Shown here piece by piece: positions 58,585 to 64,000 of a stretch of 64,000 bases of DNA; positions within the stretch are counted from its first letter, which is position 1, and each line of letters begins with the position of its first letter. The stretch lies in NCBI GenBank assembly GCA_012719355.1, contig JAAYAM010000018.1, positions 35,758-99,757 on the forward strand, written 5' to 3'. The DNA is from Acidobacteriota bacterium (GTDB taxonomy: Bacteria; Acidobacteriota; UBA6911). The notes under the pieces are model-generated. The model was given only the letters and a program-made list of their open reading frames with translations. It was not told where the DNA came from and ran no database searches. The position numbers were made by a program, and so were the translations under genes.

Positions 58585-58791
58585 TTAATGCTCGATTTTG
58601 AATCCCGCTTTGAGCACGACTTGAAATTCCGCAACCTTGTCGTCCTTCAGGTTACCCCGCTGCTCAACCACTTCAAACCAGTCAATGTGACGAACGGTCT
58701 TGGCGGCTTCGGCAAGCGCCGATTTGACTGCTTCCGAAAAGCTTACGGGCGAAGTCCCGACAAGTTCGATCTTCTTGTATGTTCCAGGCAT
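58585..58791 (-). CDS. Dodecin-family flavin-binding protein
   Basis: 68 aa. YKKIELVGTSPVSFSEAVKSALAEAAKTVRHIDWFEVVEQRG matches the dodecin (DUF1458) pattern. Confidence 0.85.
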   Translation of the reverse strand: MPGTYKKIELVGTSPVSFSEAVKSALAEAAKTVRHIDWFEVVEQRGNLKDDKVAEFQVVLKAGFKIEH

Positions 58792-58860
58792 CGGTCGAAC
58801 CTCCTTTACTTAGGATCTAGCATAGAAACCCGGGCTTTTCGAGGTCTGGTCGGAAATATT

Positions 58861-59331
58861 TCACGGAGCGGCCTGACGCTTGCGCTCTTCCGCCTCCTGC
58901 AACCAGCCGCGGCGCAGCTTGTCCTGCGGCACGCTGGACATGTACGGCTTGATGTCGAGTACAGGAGTTCCGTCAAGCATGTCGACTCCATGCAGATACA
59001 GAGTTGCGCCTTCACGCCGCACCAGCTCGACCACCGTCAGTCCTATGCTATTCGGCCTGCGGGGAGAACGTGTCGCGAAGACTCCGTGGGGACGGTCGTC
59101 AGCAGGCGTGACCCCTATAAGCTCGCAGTCCTCATCCTTCGACTGGTGGAAAACCCAAACGACAAACAAATGCGAGAAGCCCTCGATATCCTGGAGTCCG
59201 GCTGCAAACTCCGGCAGCACTTCCAGGCGCCCGTCCATCGTATGGGTCGCCCCGAGTCCCTTGGGTATCTGGCCGGTATCTGTATAGGAACTGCGGATGT
59301 ATCCTATTGCCTGCATTCTGAATTCTTCCAT
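58861..59331 (-). CDS. trmO: tRNA (N6-threonylcarbamoyladenosine(37)-N6)-methyltransferase TrmO (TsaA/YaeB family)
   Basis: IGYIRSSY...GRLEVLPEFAAGLQDIEGFSHLFVVWVFHQ...RPNSIGLTVVELV...LDGTPVLDIKPY. The ATG at 59331 has GGAGGA upstream; alternative starts are 59346 and 59316. Confidence 0.85.
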   Translation of the reverse strand: MEEFRMQAIGYIRSSYTDTGQIPKGLGATHTMDGRLEVLPEFAAGLQDIEGFSHLFVVWVFHQSKDEDCELIGVTPADDRPHGVFATRSPRRPNSIGLTVVELVRREGATLYLHGVDMLDGTPVLDIKPYMSSVPQDKLRRGWLQEAEERKRQAAP

Positions 59332-59369
59332 ATCTCCTCCGGGCATCGATGCACTATTATTAGACTATT

Positions 59370-60170
59370 ATGACACCCGATGTTGCAGATGCGCGGGAAA
59401 GAATTCAAATCATCGCCCACAGGGGAGCATCAGGCGACGCTCCGGAAAGCACGCTGGAGGCATATCGTCTCGCCCTCGCACTGCAGGCCGACTTCATCGA
59501 GATGGATGCCCACAGGCTGAAAGACGGGACAATCGTGATCATTCATGACTCCGACGTCGCCCGTACGACAGATCGCAGGGGAAAACTCTCCCGTTTCACG
59601 CTGTCTGAGCTGAAAACGCTGGATGCAGGGAGCTGGTTCAACAAGTCGTTCCCGGAGAAGGCCCGACCCGAGTACGAGGGACTCAGGATCCCTACTCTCG
59701 ACGAAGTTATCGATATCGTCGCAGGAAGCGACACGGGTTTTTACATTGAAATCAAGGAGCCCGAGCACTACCCGCCCGATTTTGAGTCGCTGCTCCTTTC
59801 CATTATCCACAACAGGCGGATCAGAGAACGGACGACCGTCTTTTCGTTCAGCGCGCGTTCAATAATGAAAATCAAGGCGCTCGATCCGGGAATGAGAACG
59901 GCCCTCCTGGTGTCCGGCAGACGCATCGATCCGATCGCCTCTGCGATCCGCGTAAACGCCGAAGAGCTCTCGCTCAGGCACGACCTGGTTACTCGCGCGC
60001 TCGTCAGCGCAGCGCGCGAAAACGAGCTTGCGATCTCGGCATGGACGGTGGACAAAAAGCCCGACATGCAACAGATCATACAACTCGGCGTGGACCGCGT
60101 TGTCACCAATTATCCCGGACGGCTCAGACAGCTGCTCAATTCCCGTGTGTCAGCTGCTCGGCGGTCGTGA
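59370..60170 (+). CDS. Glycerophosphodiester phosphodiesterase
   Basis: IIAHRGASGDAPESTLEAY, FIEMDAH, IIHDSD and YIEIK are GDPD-family motifs. Confidence 0.85.
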   Translation: MTPDVADARERIQIIAHRGASGDAPESTLEAYRLALALQADFIEMDAHRLKDGTIVIIHDSDVARTTDRRGKLSRFTLSELKTLDAGSWFNKSFPEKARPEYEGLRIPTLDEVIDIVAGSDTGFYIEIKEPEHYPPDFESLLLSIIHNRRIRERTTVFSFSARSIMKIKALDPGMRTALLVSGRRIDPIASAIRVNAEELSLRHDLVTRALVSAARENELAISAWTVDKKPDMQQIIQLGVDRVVTNYPGRLRQLLNSRVSAARRS

Positions 60171-61818
60171 ACCGCGGTTCGATATCAACAGGAATTCCGT
60201 CGAGCCGGGCAAGAGCTTTCTGCACTTCCGGGCGAACAACCGCCAGCCGGGAAAGAAGCTCGCCGGCTTCGTCATAGCTCCCCTCGGCCTCGAGTGTCAG
60301 GAGTTCTCTGGTGAGCGCCTCGACCCCTTCCCCGATTTTCCCGCGGTCAACTGAAAATGTGCCGTCCCTCTCCATCCTGAGAGCGCCGTAATCGAGCAGG
60401 AAGTTAAGCTGCAGCGCCATCCCGCGCCCATGAGCTTCATTGATCCCGAAGCGCATCGAACGGAAAGCGGACGCAAGATACGTTACATACATACTCTCCT
60501 GCAGTTCCTTGGCGAGAACACCCTTGTCGACCAGGTACTGGAGCGCAAAGAGCCCCGAGATATCGGCCTTGGCTTCTTCTATCGCACTATAATTTCCCCC
60601 GAGCTCCTGTCTGACAGTGCTGGCGCGTCCCTCACGCACGATATCGTGCGGCCCCAGCCCGTGCATCAATTCATGCATCACTATGTGGGTGAAGAAGGCA
60701 TCGAAGGAGACGTATGATTGATCGGCCGCCGACAGCACCCTGCGTGAAATCGGGAGCAGAACAATTCTGAATTTCGCCTCCTGCACGTTCTTCAGCATGA
60801 CCCGTTTGGCACCTTTTTCCCGTATGACGCGCTCGTCGTTCGGCAGATTGAAGGCGGCGGTCTGAACTCCCCGGTTGGCGTCACCGGCGGCAAATATCTC
60901 GTTTACGACCCGGATGGGTGCCATCGATCCGATTTTCGGATTCCTGTACTTCGGATCGACGGGCAGATTGTTCTCTATTTCCTGAAGACAGGAACCGAGT
61001 TTCGAAAGCTTCGCAGTCTCAGGGTCATCGCGCACGGTGATAAATGCCTCGAACGCAGCCTTGGCGTTGAACCACTCGTCTTCGTACACCTCATAGGGGC
61101 CGATTGTCGGTTCAACACTCGAATCGAGCTCCATCCATGCAAGATCGCTGTCGTAGTAATCGTTGTTCAAAAAAGCATCGGCGCGTTTTATGAGATAGGC
61201 TTTCAGGGTAGGCTGCGCCGTCAGGGAAGCGGCCTCCCTCAGCAGGGCCGCCGCTTCTGCAAGTTCTCCCTGGTATTCGAGACTATACGGAACGGTCAGG
61301 AATCTGCCCGGCGACGTCCTTTCGTGGCGGATAGTGGTAAAGAACCCCATCGCCCTGGAACGTTCGGATGCGTTCAACGTGTTGAGCCACGCTTCGATTT
61401 CCTTCTTGTCAATTCCGGCCGGATAGAAGTTGGCTCCCGCAGGCTTCTCCGGAGTTCCCGGAATGAAGGGAAGGTCATTATCCAGGCGCGACCAGGGTCC
61501 TTTGTTAAGCAGGAAATAGTGCAGCCGCGCTTTCCCGACAGGAGAATCACTCTGCCGCACCAGATCCAGCAGCATCGTTTCATTGCCTGCCCACACCTGG
61601 CGCAGGAAGATCGCGTCCATTATCCTTGCCGCCTTCACAAGGCGGGCCAGCGCCTCGCGTTCCTGCACAGGGAGATGCGAGATGTCGGCCGAGATCTCAA
61701 CCGGAGCAAACCGTTCCGCCATTTTTCGGATTTCTGCCGCATCGGGCATTCTCACCTCCTGTGATTGCAGCGGGATTACAGTCAGAACGAGAAGGAACAG
61801 TGCCGTTCGAACTTTCAT
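60136..61818 (-). CDS. Secreted zinc metallopeptidase, dipeptidyl-peptidase III (M49)-like
   Basis: Signal peptide MKVRTALFLLVLTVIPLQSQ. The metal motifs are VMHELMHGLGPH and IEEAKADISG. Its 3' end overlaps the convergent GDPD gene by 35 nt. Confidence 0.65.
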   Translation of the reverse strand: MKVRTALFLLVLTVIPLQSQEVRMPDAAEIRKMAERFAPVEISADISHLPVQEREALARLVKAARIMDAIFLRQVWAGNETMLLDLVRQSDSPVGKARLHYFLLNKGPWSRLDNDLPFIPGTPEKPAGANFYPAGIDKKEIEAWLNTLNASERSRAMGFFTTIRHERTSPGRFLTVPYSLEYQGELAEAAALLREAASLTAQPTLKAYLIKRADAFLNNDYYDSDLAWMELDSSVEPTIGPYEVYEDEWFNAKAAFEAFITVRDDPETAKLSKLGSCLQEIENNLPVDPKYRNPKIGSMAPIRVVNEIFAAGDANRGVQTAAFNLPNDERVIREKGAKRVMLKNVQEAKFRIVLLPISRRVLSAADQSYVSFDAFFTHIVMHELMHGLGPHDIVREGRASTVRQELGGNYSAIEEAKADISGLFALQYLVDKGVLAKELQESMYVTYLASAFRSMRFGINEAHGRGMALQLNFLLDYGALRMERDGTFSVDRGKIGEGVEALTRELLTLEAEGSYDEAGELLSRLAVVRPEVQKALARLDGIPVDIEPRFTTAEQLTHGN

Positions 61819-62009
61819 GATCTTCAGAATACCGCACTTTTCAATCAGGATCGCGGCAGATTGCGTCTTTTGCTGAGTCGCAGCTATGCAATTTGTTGAA
61901 TTGGCTTTTGGTATTCTCTATTATTCCAGATTTCAGCTCATGGGTGAACGTGTCTGCAGAAGCAACCAAAACTGTAACTCCACCAAAGTCCAGGGCGACC
62001 GCCGAAAGC

Positions 62010-63557
62010 ATGGCGACCCGCCAGCGTGAAATTTCCATCTCTGAATTCTTCAGCAAGAATCGTCATCTCTTAGGATTCGATAACCCTCAGAAGGCGCTCC
62101 TGACGGCCGTGAAAGAAGCCGTCGACAACTCTCTGGACGCCTGTGAGGATGCCGGGATCCTGCCCACGCTTAAGATCGAAATCCGTCAGCTGGAGGACGA
62201 CCGCTTCCGCATCGCGGTCGAAGACAACGGCCCCGGCATCGTGAAATCCCAGATACCGAAAATCTTCGGCAAGCTTTTATATGGGTCGAAGTTTCACACT
62301 CTTAAACAGGCGCGCGGCCAGCAGGGCATCGGGATTTCGGCCGCCGGCATGTACGGGCTGCTCACGACGGGCAAGTCCATTGCTGTCACATCCCGCACAG
62401 GAGCAGGGAAACCGGCGCATTACTACGAGATCCAGATCGACACCCGGAAGAATGCGCCGCAGATCATTACGGACAAGGTCGTAGATTGGGAGGCGGAACA
62501 TGGAACGCGGGTCGAGATCGAGCTGATCGGGACCTACAAGAAAGGACGCCACTCGGTCGATGACTATGTGCGCCAGACAGCGATAGCCAATCCGCATTGC
62601 GAGATTTTCTACACCCCGCCGGATGCTGCTGAACCATTTCATCTGCAGCGGGGATCCGAAATGCTCCCTGCGGAACCGAAAGAGATCAAGCCGCATCCTT
62701 ACGGCGTCGAGCTCGGCGTTCTTATCAGGATGATGAAGGAGAGTTCTTCGCGTCAGCTCAGCGCCGCACTTCAAAAGGACTTCTCGAGGGTGAGCAGTCG
62801 CGTGGCCGCCGAGATCTGCCATGCCGCCGGGCTCAGGCCAAGCGCCAATCCGCACACTATCGTAGTGCATGAGGCTGAACAGCTGTTCAAGGCAATCAAC
62901 AGTGTCAAAATCATGAGCCCGACGACCAACTGTCTTTCTCCGATCGGAGAAGAACAGATTCTGTCGGGACTGAAAAAAGAAATCGATGCTTCTTTCTACA
63001 CCGCCATAACGCGTGCGCCTGCCGTCTACCGGGGGAATCCTTTCCAGGTGGAAGTCGGTCTCGCGTACGGCGGCAGCCTCAAGAGCGAAGAGCTCATCGA
63101 TCTGTTGCGTTTTGCCAACCGCGTGCCGCTGCAGTATCAGCAGTCCGGTTGCGCCATGACCAAAGCCGTTCTGGGAATTGACTGGCGCAATTACGGACTG
63201 TCTCAATCCAAAGGAGCACTCCCGACAGGTCCCGTGGTCCTTTTCGTCCATATCGCGTCGGTCTGGGTGCCCTTCACTTCGGAAAGCAAGGAAGCGGTAG
63301 CCGCCTATCCGGATATCATGCGTGAACTGAGGCTGGCATTGCAGGAATGCGGCCGCAAACTCTCGATGCACGTCCGGGCGCACAGAAGAGCGGTCGACGA
63401 GCAGAAGAAGCGGTCTTACATAGAGAAATACATACCGCACATCGGCATCGCGCTTCGAGAGATTCTCGGATTGAGCGACCAAGCCGAGAAGGATCTCGTG
63501 GTGACGCTCAAGGACGTACTCGAGCGTAGCCGCTCACGCGAACAGTTCACGGACTGA
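62010..63557 (+). CDS. top6B: DNA topoisomerase VI subunit B
   Basis: QREISISEFFSKNRHLLGFDNPQKALLTAVKEAVDNSLDA is the Bergerat-fold N box and VEDNGPGIV is the G1 box. A transducer domain follows. The start could instead be an upstream GTG within the track ORF (61893). Confidence 0.9.
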   Translation: MATRQREISISEFFSKNRHLLGFDNPQKALLTAVKEAVDNSLDACEDAGILPTLKIEIRQLEDDRFRIAVEDNGPGIVKSQIPKIFGKLLYGSKFHTLKQARGQQGIGISAAGMYGLLTTGKSIAVTSRTGAGKPAHYYEIQIDTRKNAPQIITDKVVDWEAEHGTRVEIELIGTYKKGRHSVDDYVRQTAIANPHCEIFYTPPDAAEPFHLQRGSEMLPAEPKEIKPHPYGVELGVLIRMMKESSSRQLSAALQKDFSRVSSRVAAEICHAAGLRPSANPHTIVVHEAEQLFKAINSVKIMSPTTNCLSPIGEEQILSGLKKEIDASFYTAITRAPAVYRGNPFQVEVGLAYGGSLKSEELIDLLRFANRVPLQYQQSGCAMTKAVLGIDWRNYGLSQSKGALPTGPVVLFVHIASVWVPFTSESKEAVAAYPDIMRELRLALQECGRKLSMHVRAHRRAVDEQKKRSYIEKYIPHIGIALREILGLSDQAEKDLVVTLKDVLERSRSREQFTD

Positions 63558-63603
63558 GTCCGGCGCAGTGGTGTACCATTCTCAGAGAACACAGGGTTTG
63601 CAC

Positions 63604-64000
63604 ATGCCAAAGAAGACGGATTCCAGAAAGACGGCACAGAAAGCCGTGAAAAGCGTCCTGAGCGCAATCCAGGATTCGGCAAAGGATATTCACGGCAAAA
63701 TCATGGCGCGGAAAAAGCCGACCATGAAGCTCCCGGTGCGATCGCTCTCGAATGTGCGCTATCAACCTCAGCGCGGCTTCTTTGAAATGGCGGGCCAGAA
63801 GAAAGAAAGGACGCTTACGGTCAATACGGTCAAGACGTTCGCCCAAACGCTCCGCATGGTCGCACTTTCGAAAGAGCTGATCGAGAACGACGATATCGCG
63901 ACCAAGAGGGAGGCATACTACGTATCAAAGAACTGGGAAGATGCACGTTTCAGCGAACAGCCGGAGTCCGACACCGTGATGGATGACGTCGAAGCGTATT
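63604..64000 (+). CDS. top6A: DNA topoisomerase VI subunit A (Spo11-like), 5' part; runs off the window
   Basis: My own translation from the ATG at 63604 is MPKKTDSRK...LPVRSLSNVRYQPQRGFFEMAGQKKERTLTVNTVKTFAQTLRMVALSKELIENDDIATKREAYYVSKNWEDARFSEQPESDTVMDDVEA. The KREAYYV block carries the catalytic-Tyr context. It is absent from the ORF track because no stop lies within the window. Confidence 0.85.
   Translation, partial: MPKKTDSRKTAQKAVKSVLSAIQDSAKDIHGKIMARKKPTMKLPVRSLSNVRYQPQRGFFEMAGQKKERTLTVNTVKTFAQTLRMVALSKELIENDDIATKREAYYVSKNWEDARFSEQPESDTVMDDVEAY

Noticed and set aside
1-64000. A scan for CRISPR arrays, tRNA/rRNA genes, IS elements, integrases and phage genes.
   Set aside because: I saw no regularly spaced direct repeats, no cloverleaf-like sequences in the few gaps over 100 bp, and no transposase, integrase or phage-like translations in the ORF track. 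The scan was by eye only, so short or degenerate elements could have been missed.

Overview
This is a densely coding 64-kb chromosomal segment from a GC-rich, outer-membrane-bearing bacterium. The protein styles (HisKA_3 hybrid kinases, proline-rich secreted proteins with a C-terminal anchor-like tail, bacterial Topo VI) suggest an Acidobacteriota-like environmental lineage, but that is inference only. All calls rest on reading the ORF translations for family motifs, with no database search run. I support about 50 protein genes. They include comEC, a Pat-like acetyltransferase and a CobB sirtuin, tex, sdhCAB, lhr, aroK/aroQ, gcvP, plsC, trmO and the Topo VI subunits B and A. There are also many signalling proteins: two hybrid histidine kinases, three receiver-only regulators, PAS-LuxR, HDOD and GAF proteins. 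I found no rRNA, tRNA, CRISPR array, transposase or prophage genes. The ORF track allows GTG/TTG starts, and several ORFs have N-terminal over-extensions that I trimmed to an internal start, some of them with a visible Shine-Dalgarno. Three items stand out. (1) Two same-frame minus-strand ORFs (52584..53960 and 53994..54362) are separated by a single TGA. An fdhF-like SECIS hairpin with a GGUC tetraloop follows it directly, and read-through gives a U-x-x-C motif, so this is a candidate ~590-aa selenoprotein of unknown function with an N-terminal signal peptide. (2) A 2298-aa ORF fuses a complete TamB/AsmA-like inner-membrane-anchored protein to five POTRA repeats and an Omp85/BamA-type beta-barrel, giving a potential covalent trans-envelope bridge. 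(3) Archaeal-type topoisomerase VI (top6B, and top6A running off the window) is present in a bacterium. Lesser oddities are a 751-aa YvcK/CofD-like protein, NarL-type receivers that all lack their HTH, small Cys-rich and zinc-finger proteins beside an AT-rich 367-bp gap, and a few perfect palindromes in promoter regions.
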